The position numbers and the translations under genes are program-made. Shown here one piece after another: positions 12,900 through 24,628 of a stretch of DNA of 64,000 nucleotides. Source of the stretch: Eledone cirrhosa (lineage: Eukaryota); assembly GCA_964016885.1 (NCBI GenBank), contig OZ024745.1:124248001-124312000 (forward strand), given 5' to 3'. A model generated the notes under the pieces. It had not been told where the DNA came from. It made no database searches and saw only the letters and a program-made list of their open reading frames with translations. Numbering within the stretch: the stretch's first letter is position 1; every line of letters begins with the position of its first letter.

Positions 12900-14280
12900 T
12901 ATACTTTATTTCACAAACAAATACTGCAAGAAAGTGATCCTGACCATATAACAGTTGGAGTTTACAAAGTAGGAATCATACAGCTGGTTTATATCCTGAA
13001 TCAGCTTTTTAGTATGACAGAAAGGCATTTCACATGAAATATAGAGATATAATCGTTATTGCTATAATAGGAAGGTGAGAAGCATATTTTCTTTGTTTTA
13101 ACTTGAGAAAAGATGTTACAAAGAGTAAACCATGAATGGTTGCTATTCCTATAGGAAAATAATTATCCCTGAGTTCTAATGTGGTTTTAGGCATCATGGG
13201 CTAGGGTATTGAGTAACTATTGATATAATCTTTGTGCAAAACTGCAAGGAAAATGCTGTGAAAAAAAATCAATAACTTTATATGGCTTTGTTTGATTCAT
13301 TCAAAGCCTTTGATACAGGGAATCAAAAAGATTTCTGAAGCGTTTTTGCAACTTAATTGCCCTAAGAGATTTGAAAACATTAGCTGGAATTTCATCAACA
13401 ATTTGAAGACATTTGAATTAAGCAATGAAACATTTGATGAAAATTTGCAAGTCATATTAAAAAGTATCAAATTGAGTTGTGCTATTGCTACAAACATCTC
13501 TATTTCCTCAACCACCATCTCTTATTTAATGATATATTACAAAACACAGAATGTACAGATCTCATGCAAACCAAAGGGAAAACAATTTAATCTCCATCAA
13601 GAGTAATTGCACCATAATGAGTGATGTTAACACTTTTTTGTGTCACTGATATAAAACAGATATAAAAGCTTTTTTTGACATCCTTACAGAAATTTGTATT
13701 TGAAACTTGGTTTGAACCTGCAGACAACAAAAATAGAGATATGCATACCACTGCACAACAAAAAAATCTCTCAAGCACGATAAAGAAGCAACAGTTAACA
13801 TCCTGTACCTTATGCAACCACATCAGCAATGCATTCCCGAAGATTACAAAACAGTTCTATGAATGAATTACATATAAAATAAAAGTATTTACTTAAGTTC
13901 ACTGCAAATTTTCACAACCATCTGTCCACTATAAAAATACTATAAACATTTCTGCTACATTATTATAGGATGTTAAGAGTTAAACAGATATTCCATGGTA
14001 AAGGATATATGTGATATCTTGATATCTTTAGTAGCAAAATTTCCATAGATACAAACATTAATAACACATTCCAGTAGAAGATTGCTCAAGGAAGCCATAT
14101 ATCCAAGCTTTAAACTCCTTCATGACTTCATATATGGATAATTTCAAAACACTGCATATAATGAGCTAAGTTTAACTCTAATGTTTCTGTATGATGCAGA
14201 ATGAAGTTTTTGCTAAATAAACTTTAAAATCTCCACAAAGACTGCTATTAAAAATATCTAAATATAATTGGCAGAATAAC
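12900..14280 (+). mobile_element. Old RTE/BovB-like LINE reverse transcriptase remnant
   Basis: Degenerate YRDI...IGR, CGFR, TIDIIF...LQGKC, LYMALFDSFKAFD (~13040-13315) match RTE RT domains 1-3. Many stops. Confidence 0.65.
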
Positions 14281-15249
14281 AAAAGAGAAGCTTCAGTGCG
14301 TGGCTGGTATATATTGTATCAAGTCTAGAAGAATGAAAGGTAAAGTTGATTTTGGTTGAATTTGATTTACAAAATGAGATTTGAATTCAATAACAGAAGA
14401 TATTTTGTTGGATGCACTAAAGATTCTACCAACGCACTTATTGGAAGCTGAAACTTTAATAAATCATTACTTCAAGATTTTAATTGCCTAAATTCAGACA
14501 AAAACGGAATGTGTATCAAGAAACTCATTTACCTTTTTAAACTCAAAATGCATGATGATCTTAATATCAGACTCTTTAATGGCTACAGTGTTCTTAGCAA
14601 ATGTTAAGGCTTTGAACAGAAAGATAATATTAAATTGATTAAATTCCATTCTGTTTATTGTTAATACATCTAAACCACTCTGTTACAAGTGCATTGTGTT
14701 CAATAAAAAGAGAGCAATTGTTATGCTAAGCTTGGCAATATAACTTATACAGATTTGAATGAGCTGATTAAGCTGCATTTAGAGTAAATAGGAACATTAT
14801 ATAATGCATGGTGTTTATATGGCTACATACATGTAGTATATATATATATATCTTTGACTGCAAGGTTTATGAAGTTGTATGTGTTTATGCCAGATATTTT
14901 GTAAATGTTGGTAATGTTTTGAATACTAGACAGTGCCATAGAGAGGCCTGCCTTGTGTGTTGATATCTAGGGTTTCTTTGTAGTCTTAAATTCTTGTTTA
15001 ATCATTTTAAACAATAATCAAATCTGTTGTGGGTTTTCCAAAATCTTTGCTTATCATATTGCTTTGTATCGGTTGTAATTATTTTTAGCATTCTAAGTGC
15101 AATTCTCTCCCTCGTTTTCAAACACAAATTACATCGTTAGACAATTCTATGTTTGCAAATCTCTTGAACTGACTTGAGTCAAACAAAGAAACTTTGTGAC
15201 TTTGTTAGTCACTGGCATCAATTTTGTGAAGAGCTTAAATAAATCTCAA

Positions 15250-15558
15250 AAACATACATATGTACTGAATTACAAACATATCTATCTACATAGCTACCTA
15301 CCTACATGCATACGTACTAACAGAGATTGACAGACTGACACGTAAAAACGTACATACATACTGACAGAGATGGACAGACATATACATACATACATACATA
15401 CAAACTGACATATATAAACAGACTTACACATACAAATGTACATACATACTGACAAGGATAGACAGACATACAAACATACATATGTACATACACACATACA
15501 GACAAACATACATATGTCGATACATACATATGTCCATACATATATACATACGTGTATA
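15250..15558. repeat. (TACA/GACA)n cryptic microsatellite
   Basis: Repeated tacatacata and gacagaca motifs. Confidence 0.8.
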
Positions 15559-16188
15559 TGCGAAGATGTAAGCCACATTGTTGCCAGCTGCGAAAGAATG
15601 TCATCTTGCTACTACCTCCCCATGAGACACGATGGAATAGCTAGAACCATCTGGAACGCACTTTGGAAAACAAAATTAACAACAAACGAGGAAGAATATA
15701 TTGAGACAGATGGCACTAAGGAATACTGGTGGAACCTGAAAATAAAAACTGCCACCAAATTAAAGCACAACCGGCCTGATATTGTTGTTTGGGACCACAC
15801 ATTGAAAACGTGTTCTGTTGTGGAGATCAGCTGCCCACTTGATGTAAACATTGTCAGAAAAATACAGGAGAAGGAGGACATCTACGGACCATTGATGAGG
15901 AGTTTACAAATCCAGTATCCAAGATACACCTTTAGCTTCATACCCATCATTATTGGAGCTACGGGTTATATACCAACCCGCTTGGACCAAAGTATGACTG
16001 AACTTGGATTTGCAGACAAAAAGCGCAGCTCCCTAATTCATAGTCTACAAATGGCTGCGATAGCTGGCACCTTCAAAATTTGCAAAACGTTCTTGCGATT
16101 CAAGGGATGACAATTTCTTTTCTTTTACAACATTGCCACCAGGAAGGTGGCCGGTCAAAAAATATACTCGAAATTAAGAGAAAGAGAT
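15559..16188 (+). mobile_element. 5'-truncated non-LTR retrotransposon with a restriction-like endonuclease (R4/Dong-like C-terminus)
   Basis: Open frame to 16110: EDVSHIVASC (end of CCHC knuckle), RHD, RPDIVVWD...VVEISCP, KEDIY, IPIIIGATG, matching the PD-(D/E)xK RLE motifs. Confidence 0.85.
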
Positions 16189-16550
16189 CACATACATACA
16201 TACGTACAGACCTATATATGTGCAGTATTCAGTTGGGATATATTCAGATGATGAGTCAAACTGATTATTCATCAAAATTGACTCCAAATGTCTCTAATGT
16301 TGACGATGTTGTTGCTGCTAATGATGATGATAAGATGATGATAACAACAGCATTGTTGTTCATGGTGGGGATTATGAGGTAGAGGAGGAGGGGGAGGAGG
16401 AGGAGAAATCTATGGGGTATTTTTTAGTTATTAGACACTGTGACAAGGATAATATATTAGTTGATATATGTTAACATGAAATGAGTGTAAATCTGTTTTA
16501 AAATATTTATATGGAATATTTAGATTCTGCATATGCACATATATATATAT

Positions 16551-16589
<39 letters not shown>

Positions 16590-16594
16590 TATTT

Positions 16595-16767
16595 CTAAGG
16601 CGGGTAAAATTCCAGAGATCTATGGACGAGTTCTCTCCAGCGGTCTCTGTCCCTCATTATCGCTGCCATGTCCTGCGTCTCCAACAGACCAGTGTCTGTC
16701 CTTAGGGCATCAACATACGTTAACCTTGGTCTTCCTCTTCTAGTGTGTCCATGTAGGGGCTCCCAAA

Positions 16768-16768
<1 letters not shown>
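16595..16768 (-). mobile_element. RTE-clade LINE 3' end fragment
   Basis: WEPLHGHTRRGRPRLTYVDALRTDTG...MRDRDRWREL. Near-identical to the copy at 24240. Confidence 0.8.
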
Positions 16769-16842
<74 letters not shown>

Positions 16843-16844
16843 AA

Positions 16845-17170
16845 GGCTTAGTGGTTAGAGCATTGGCCTTGCAATCGAAAGGTTGTGAGTTCAATTCTCA
16901 GACCAGGTGATGTGTTGTTTCCTTGAGCAAGACACTTTATTTCACATTGCTCCAGTTTAGTCAGCTTTAGAAATGAGATGATAGGGACTGGGGTCCCTAT
17001 CATTTCACTGCAAAGTGGTTGTGGAGGTGCCACGGCAAAAAAGCACCCAGCACTCACTGTAACTGAGGTTGGTGTTAGGAAGGGCATTCAGCTGTAGAAA
17101 TCAAGCCAGAATCAGTTCCCGTCCCACCCTTGCAAGCAGGGAAAAGCAGACGTTAAATGATGATGATGAT
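16845..17170 (+). mobile_element. SINE family B head joined to a family C 3' portion
   Basis: GGCTTAGTGGTTAGAGCATTGG...GAGTTCAATTC head, then AAAGCACCCAGCAC...GGAAGGGCATTCAGCTGTAG and tail CAGACGTTAAATGATGATG. Confidence 0.7.
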
Positions 17171-17540
<370 letters not shown>

Positions 17541-17729
17541 GTGGAGAGACCCAAGAAGACCTGGGATGAGGTGATAAAAGCTGATATTGCCTAATTAAAC
17601 CTCTCAAAGGCGATGAGACAGGACTGAGACCTCAGTAATACAGAAGACCTGACTCAGTAATACCAAAGACCCAACTTCTCATGGGTACAAGCTGAAGCTG
17701 AAGCATATAGACAATATGCCGCCACCTCC

Positions 17730-18538
17730 TCCCACTGTAAAGTGGTCGTGTAGGTATCGTGGCAAAAAAGCATCTAGCCCACACTGTAAAGTGGTTGTGT
17801 AGGCACCACGGTTAAAAGGACCCAGTACTCACTGTAAATAAGGTTGGTGTTGGGAAGCTGTAGAAATCAAGCCAGAATCAGTTCTGTATGAGCAAGACAT
17901 GGTCACCTGACCCGGCATTGCCCACAACAGGACAACTCATCTAACCCATGCTAGTGCGGAAGAATGGATATAAAATGGTGATGATGATGATATATTATAT
18001 ACTACATTTGATGCGTATGAAGGACGACAGCTGTATAAAACAGTGCAGGGCAATGAAAATTAATGGAAGCTACGGAATGTGTAAACCAAGAAAAACCTGG
18101 TGATAAAAACTGACCTTGCCCACCTACACCTCTCTAAGACAATGGACACTGGATCGAGATCTTTGGCACCATGCAATTGTACAGAAGACCCGACTGCTAT
18201 TGCATACAAACCTACAGTCAGTAGGCACCTCTTAACTCAATGTACACCCCACCCCATCGCCCTACCCCATCCTCCCATTTCCGTTCCGTCCACTGTGCTG
18301 ATGACACAACAGTCCACACCATAAGGTGGTCATGTAGGAGACATGGTGAAAAGGCTCCCAGTCCACACTGTAAATATGGTTGGTGTTAGGAAGGTCATCC
18401 AGCTGTAAAAAGAAAACCTGCCAGAGAGACTTCCATATGAGTGAGACATGGTCTTCCAACCATTCCTGCATCAAATGGAACAAAACTGTCTAACTCTTAC
18501 TAACATGGAGGATGGACGTTAAACGCCGATGATGATGA
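17730..18538 (+). mobile_element. Two SINE family C copies (17730-17990, 18310-18538) with a short RTE-like 3' fragment between them
   Basis: Family C consensus ending in (ATG)n tails. The 17730 copy carries about 2.5 units of the 48-bp repeat. Confidence 0.7.
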
Positions 18539-18849
18539 TATATATGTGTGTGTACACAGAGACATGCAAGAAATAAACAGGTGTTCAGAATGTTATGATA
18601 ACGAGCACACAACTAAATATTTTGATTACCAAGTCTAATATTCCTTTCCTGTTGTTGACCTAATTTCACTCAAAAGGCTTGGATCAACCCAATGCTTTTG
18701 TTAAAGATACTTGCGCAAGATTCTACAAGACATCTTATTGCAAAGTAAATATCATAACCACTCAGTCATGCTTGCCTTGATACACACGCAAGTGTACATA
18801 CATGCAAATATACACACATACATATATATGTGTGTGTGTATATATATAT

Positions 18850-19045
18850 GAAAAGATTCAGGACCCCGACAGCTGAGCTCCGGCCATTTTGACAGCTAAA
18901 TCCAAGTTCAGATCTAGCTGTCAAAATGGCCGGAGCTCAGCCGTCAGGGTCCTGAATCTTTTCCTATTACCCACTCTACTACCACAAGTATCAAATACTC
19001 TGGTGGGTTATGGTCCACCTGGTATTTTACCACACCTTTTCTGAT
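18850..19045. repeat. Fold-back element in (TA)n: ~53-bp-arm hairpin plus unique tail (family shared with 36905)
   Basis: GAAAAGATTCAGGACCC...GACAGCTAAATC pairs with GATCTAGCTGTC...GGGTCCTGAATCTTTTC. The tail CTATTACCCACTCTACTACC is also at 37005. Confidence 0.85.
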
Positions 19046-19199
19046 ATATATATGTATATAAAAAAAGAAAAAAATGTTTGTTCTACATGGCTGAATACAA
19101 TAAATGTAATCTGAGTTTTTCGAATATTAATAATAATATTCGATTCGTTTGCATTTTCTTTAAATAACATAGTAAATCTTATGTCTCTCCAATGTTATA

Positions 19200-19890
19200 A
19201 AACCAGTCAACCATTCGACAGGACGATTATTGGTGAGTTTGTGAGATCAGTTATCAAATCCCACCGTTAAAACCTCAACAAATATGCCCTCAATTCTTGA
19301 TGCTTTCCTGAATTGGTCTGTGTAATTACAATTTTTACTTCTTCTGTATTAAGTCTATTTCCTCAATAACATAGTTTTAAAAAGGTCTAACATTCATTTA
19401 TTGAGTTTTGCTTATGAAAGTGATCTATAAAATGTTTTGTTCGTAACCTCAGAATGCCTTTAGTTTCACTGATGAAAGTGGCTCTGTCTCTGGAACCAAA
19501 AGGAGCAATAGTTGGGTGGTGAGCACCAAATACCTGTTTTAGCATGCAATACAATGTTTCAGGGGGTTCCATTGAGGAAAGAAGAAGTACAAAAAAGAGA
19601 AGAAAGTCACATGATATCAACAAGATAGTAGTAGTCAATGTTGGATAATACAGTCTCTCACCTTCGATTTTAGTTTGTCCAGCTTATCAGTTAAGTCTTT
19701 CGTGATCACACAGCTGACACCACCTGAATGTTTTTCATCTGCTGGCTTGCCAACACAAAAGATAGTATAGTCACAGCTCATTTCAATTAGCTGACCTTCC
19801 CCAGACAGACGTGTCTATGAGAGGGCAGCAATATCGATCAGTCAAGATCTGCTGTAATGTAAGAAGTGTAGCATTCTAGTAGATTAGAAT
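19200..19890 (-). mobile_element. RTE/BovB-like LINE remnant (AP endonuclease region, internally deleted)
   Basis: Minus-strand translation IDIAALS*TRLSGEGQLIE...YTIFCVGKPADEKHSGGV matches the RTE APE N-terminus. Confidence 0.75.
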
Positions 19891-19915
19891 TTTCACTATC
19901 CAATAATGTTCTTAT

Positions 19916-19946
<31 letters not shown>

Positions 19947-20051
19947 ATATATGTATATATATATATATGTGTGTGTATGTATTTGTGTGTGTGTGTGTAT
20001 ATATGTATATATATATATATATGTGTGTGTGTATGTGTTTGTGTGTGTGTA

Positions 20052-20385
20052 TAAGCAAAGAATTGCTGCTTTCAGCAATTCTTTGCTTAAACTTTAATCT
20101 GTTATTTTAATAAATATTTGCTCTACGGTTTTATATATATATTATCCTTATCGAGCCCTCTTCGGATTTTAGTCTTCACATTTATTATTATTACTATATA
20201 TATATATATTATAAGAACAGATTAAAGGTCTTCTGAAGATCCCATTAGGGGTGAAAGCAGTGATTCTTTACTTAAATTTTAATCTGTTCTTATAATAAAT
20301 ATTTGCTCTATGGGTTTATATATATATTATATATAATCCTTATTGAACCCTCTTCGGATTTTAGTCTTCACATTTATTATTACTA
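20052..20385 (+). repeat. Two tandem copies of fold-back family P1, each with an inverted 5' end
   Basis: Hairpin TAAGCAAAGAATTGCTG-CTTT-CAGCAATTCTTTGCTTA. The body TTAATCTGTT...CCCTCTTCGGATTTTAGTCTTCAC occurs twice. Related copies at 52841 and 54331. Confidence 0.85.
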
Positions 20386-21054
20386 TATACACACACACGC
20401 ACACACATGCACATACACACACATATGTGTGTGTGTGTGTGTATGTGTGTGTGTTTCAAAGAGAGAGAGAATGTGTATGTAAGCAAAAAGATAAGTGAGT
20501 ACACAAAGAAAATTGAGGTGTACAAAATAGTAGAAATGGGGTGATATTGTTTATTGGAAGCTGACATTTTGACATCAATACTCTGAGTTTCACGTCATAT
20601 TCTGATGTAAAATTCCAGGTATTCAAATCCTATCGATAGCCAGGGGTAATTAAATGTACACAGGGTTATGACTGATTGTAAAAGCTGCAATGGATGGTAG
20701 AAAATTGTGGAAATCATAGGACTGGAGGTAAACCAATAGGACATAACTGGGCTTTCTTCTGAAAAGGGTTTCCCTATTAGTAATCTAATTCCTGGTCATC
20801 TAATACACATACACATACATATATATATGTATATATACAATATATTAATAAATGGAAACTATATTTATAAAACCATATTTATTTTATTATATATATTTCA
20901 AGGGCAACCAAGGCAAATTATGGTGCGCTTTCATCAGATAAAATACAGATTTGTTTTATAAATAAATATTGACATACCCGGAAAAAAGACAACGTTAACC
21001 GTTGGAGCTTCCTGTTGAATCCCAACAAATTAAATATAACCTCTGCATATATGT

Positions 21055-21270
21055 ATATACAGTCCACGCTGTAATGTGGCCATGTAGGCAACACGGTAAA
21101 AACCTCCCAGTCCCACACTGTAAATGTGGTTGGTGTTAGGAAGGGCATCCAACTGTAGAAAACCCGCCAGGCAGTCCTATGCGAGCAAGACAACCACTCT
21201 TGCCTCAAGTGGGAAAACTCCCGTCCAAACCCATGCAAGCATGGAACATGGACGTTAAACGATGATGATG
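21055..21270 (+). mobile_element. SINE family C copy
   Basis: GGTTGGTGTTAGGAAGGGCATCCAACTGTAG...ACCCATGCAAGCATGG...GGACGTTAAACGATGATGATG. Confidence 0.8.
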
Positions 21271-21336
21271 ATATTTATCTAAAGACAGGACCTGCATCTA
21301 CTATTGCAGTTGAATGATGATTATAACAATGGTTGT

Positions 21337-21765
21337 GGAGGTGCATGTGTTAGTGGTAAGTTTGTTCGACTAACGATCATAATATCATGGATTTGATACC
21401 TTGACTTGTCTGCGTGTTGTGTTCTTGAGCAAATCACTTCATTTCACGTTGCTCCAGTATACTCCAGTAACGCTGCGATGGACTGGCATCCTGTCTAGGA
21501 GGAGTCTTGTACTCTCTATCACTTAATGCCATGAAAACCATAATAAGCACCAGCCTTTAGATGACAATGGTGATGATTATGATAATTGGATTGGCAGTAT
21601 CGGTAGAGGGTCGGACGCCATGCTTTCCAGCATAGTTACGTCCCTTTACGATCTGAGTTCAAATCCCGCCGAGGTTGACTTTGCCTTTCATCCTTACGGG
21701 GTCGATAAAATAAAGTACCAGTAATGCACTGGTAATTGCTGGCCTTGTGCCTAAAGTAGAAACAA
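21337..21765 (+). mobile_element. SINE family B variant (21337-21558) followed by SINE family A (21587-21765)
   Basis: B: TTCTTGAGCAAATCACTTCATTTCACGTTGCTCCAGT. A: TGGCAGTATCGGTAG...GAGTTCAAATCC, with candidate TSD ATTATGATAAT. Confidence 0.8.
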
Positions 21766-22361
21766 TTATGATAATGAACATGATGATGAATTTCTAAACA
21801 AAAAATTTTAAGACTAAAATTAAAAGCAACAGAAAATATATAATAGATGATAACATCAGTTTCAGATTTTTGTGCTTTTTTGGAAAAGGGTTGGAGGGTC
21901 CTTATTAAAATTTGTCATGATCTGTAGTATGACCTGATATGCAAGCATTTCTGTATGTACATGTGTAACTATGAATATTAATGATAAAGACATGTTCGCC
22001 AACACACTCATTTTGCATAGATTAACAAGTATGACCATATATCATGCACACTCAAATATCGCCATATACTCTCCTACATTTTCACATTAAATATAAGAAA
22101 ACAATCATAAGAAAAAGCAACAATCCTACTTAAAGGAAAATAGTCAGATAGTTGTAGAAAAAACTAAGCCAATATTTATTTAAATAAGAGCTATTTAATA
22201 TAGAGCAGCTAATTTGCACATTATTTTCTCATCACCATATTTAACTCCCTGGGTAAACAAAAAATTATGTATGGAAGCGGCCATGTTTTTCTATTTAATG
22301 CACTTTCATTTCTATGCATTCTCTTATTTGTGGAAGTATGTATATTTATGTATTTTATTGA

Positions 22362-22379
<18 letters not shown>

Positions 22380-22397
<18 letters not shown>

Positions 22398-22700
22398 CCA
22401 TATATATATATATATACATATGTACATAATTAAACATGAATAAATATGCACATACATATATATACACACATCCATATATATATATATATATATATATACA
22501 TATGTACATACTTAAACATGAATAAATATGCACATACTTAAACATGAATAAATATGCACATATATATATATACACACATCCATATATATATACATATGTA
22601 CATACTTAAACATGAATAAATATGCACATACACATATATACACACATCCATATATATATACATATGTACATACTTAAACATGAATAAATATGCACATACA
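22380..22700. repeat. Compound minisatellite (about 4-5 units) with variable TA spacers
   Basis: The core TACATATGTACATACTTAAACATGAATAAATATGCACATA recurs, separated by TA runs. Confidence 0.85.
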
Positions 22701-22734
22701 AGTATATATTTACATATACATAATTGAATAAATA

Positions 22735-22950
22735 TCATCATCAACTTCATCATCACTGTTTAACATCCATTTTTTCACGTTTGCATGTGTTAGAGGGGTT
22801 ATCATGTTATGAGACAATCCAGGTCAGCTGACCATATCTTCCTCATATAGATCTATATTTTAGCTTGGTTTCTACAGTTGGATACCTTTCCTAATGCTAA
22901 TCATGTTACAGTGTGGACTCAGTGCTTTTTATCATGGTACCAACATGACT
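22735..22950 (-). mobile_element. SINE family C copy (degenerate)
   Basis: CATCA...GTTTAACATCCATT...TGCATG...TTTCTACAGTTGGATACCTTTCCTAATG is the reverse complement of family C. Confidence 0.6.
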
Positions 22951-23269
22951 GCATTACATGGAGGAATAGGTGTTTTGTTGTTGTTGTTGTTGTTGTAACA
23001 CCAGATCACCATACGGGGTGGACTTAGTGGTGGTGGTGGTGGTGGTGGTGGTGGGGGGGGCTGCATGGTTTATCAGAAGAAGAGTATCAGGGGTGAGGAG
23101 TGAGGATTTTTTGGGGGATGGAGGAACAAGTATACAGGTTTTACATGGGTGAGGTGCTTGGGTTATTTAGCTGGTGAGAGGAGGATGGGAGATGGAAAGT
23201 ATTAAGATTGGGGTGGGTTATGTCTTCTACATGTTTATTTCATCCTGTGCATATGAGAGGGTGGATCTT

Positions 23270-23785
23270 CTGCAGGACAGCATAAGGCCAGAGATCGTGA
23301 CTCTGTATCATCTTCATTTATTGCACCAAACCTGTAACCTCCATGGACCCTGTAGAAGCCATAACAGTGTTGTCCAACATGTCTAGTAAAGTGATTAAAA
23401 AGTCACTGTCATTTGTTTGGGAGTAGTGTGCATCAGTGATTAGTAAAAGCCGTCTTTGAGTCTGCCAGCCCAGATTGAGGTGCATATGGCAAATATAATT
23501 GTTACAATTGTTCTATTTCGGACTAGATTAAGTCTAATGATCATATCGTTCACTCTATTTACAGTAATTACCTTATCTACTCCATCTTCAGCTAACATAA
23601 TACCTACTCCACCAAGTCCATTTTCATTACCTATCAAGAAAAAATTGTAGCATAGTTTTTTACTCACAAAGTACACAAGATACATCAACTTTCGTTTGTT
23701 CTAACATCCCTACAAACTCTCCTGATCTTCCTTTCATCGTGCCTAGATTGTTGGTGGCAGCACTGGATTTTGAAGTTTACCATAA
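23270..23785 (-). mobile_element. RTE-clade LINE AP-endonuclease fragment
   Basis: NLGTMKGRSGE...LIGNENGLGGVGIMLAE...VNRVND.IIRL...TII, frameshifted into YAPQSG...KDGFY. Confidence 0.8.
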
Positions 23786-24060
23786 GAGTGAGAAGATGAG
23801 GAAGATGAATGCTTGGAGTGGTGAATTGTTGTTGGCTTTATATATATATTTATATATAATCTTGTAGCTTAATTCCTATAAATTAAAAGTTTTGTCTCTT
23901 GGCTCTTACTCCACAGGACAGCATTTGGCTTGTGTCTGATGCTGTGATCTCAGATGTATTAGCAATACCATTGGTAGGTGTTGAAATAGCCAAAGTATAC
24001 CTTAATGGCTGATGAATCTGAAGTTCTGTGTCCTTCCTTTTGTATTTTTATTTTAATAAA

Positions 24061-24227
24061 ATAATTTTTTAAGGTTTCCTCTTAAAAAAATTGTTTTTCA
24101 TTCATTGTTTTGTACTCTCTTTGTTAATTTACTTACATATATATATAAGATATAAGAAAATTAACAAAGAGCGGACAAGACAAAGAATGAAAAACAATTT
24201 TTTAAGGGGAAACCTTCAAAAAATTAT
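24061..24227. repeat. Fold-back hairpin with ~78-bp arms
   Basis: ATAATTTTTTAAGGTTTCC...CTTTGTTAATTT pairs with AAATTAACAAAG...GGAAACCTTCAAAAAATTAT. Confidence 0.8.
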
Positions 24228-24239
24228 ATATATATATAT

Positions 24240-24628
24240 CTAGGGGCGTGTAAAATTCCCGAGATCCATGGACGAGTTCTCTCGAGCAGTCTCTGTCCCT
24301 CATTATTGCTGCCATGTCCTGCGTCTCCAACAGACCAGTGTCTATCCTTAGGGCATCAACATATGTTAACTTCGGTCTTCCTCTTCCAGTGTGTCCATGC
24401 AGGGGCTCCCACAGGAGCACAGAGTGCAGTGTCAACTCTGGATGTCAGTGAGCATGTCCAGCTAACCTCAGTTTCTGCTGTGTCACTTTTGAGCTGACTT
24501 TTGGGAGGCTCCTGTATAGCTCTGAGTTCTTCATCCTCTGTGTGTACTGATTAATGTTCAGAGCCATCCTCAGCATTCTCGTGTAGCAACCATCCACCAT
24601 CTGAGTGAGTTTCTTGGTCAGTGTCCAA
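24240..24628 (-). mobile_element. RTE-clade LINE 3' fragment
   Basis: WTLTKKL...DGCYTRMLRMALNI...LRLAGH...VLLWEPLHG.TGRGRPKLTYVD. Flanked by (TA)n. Confidence 0.85.

Noticed and set aside
22380-22700. Repeat with variable spacers resembling CRISPR
   Set aside because: The spacers are just TA/CA microsatellite runs of varying length.
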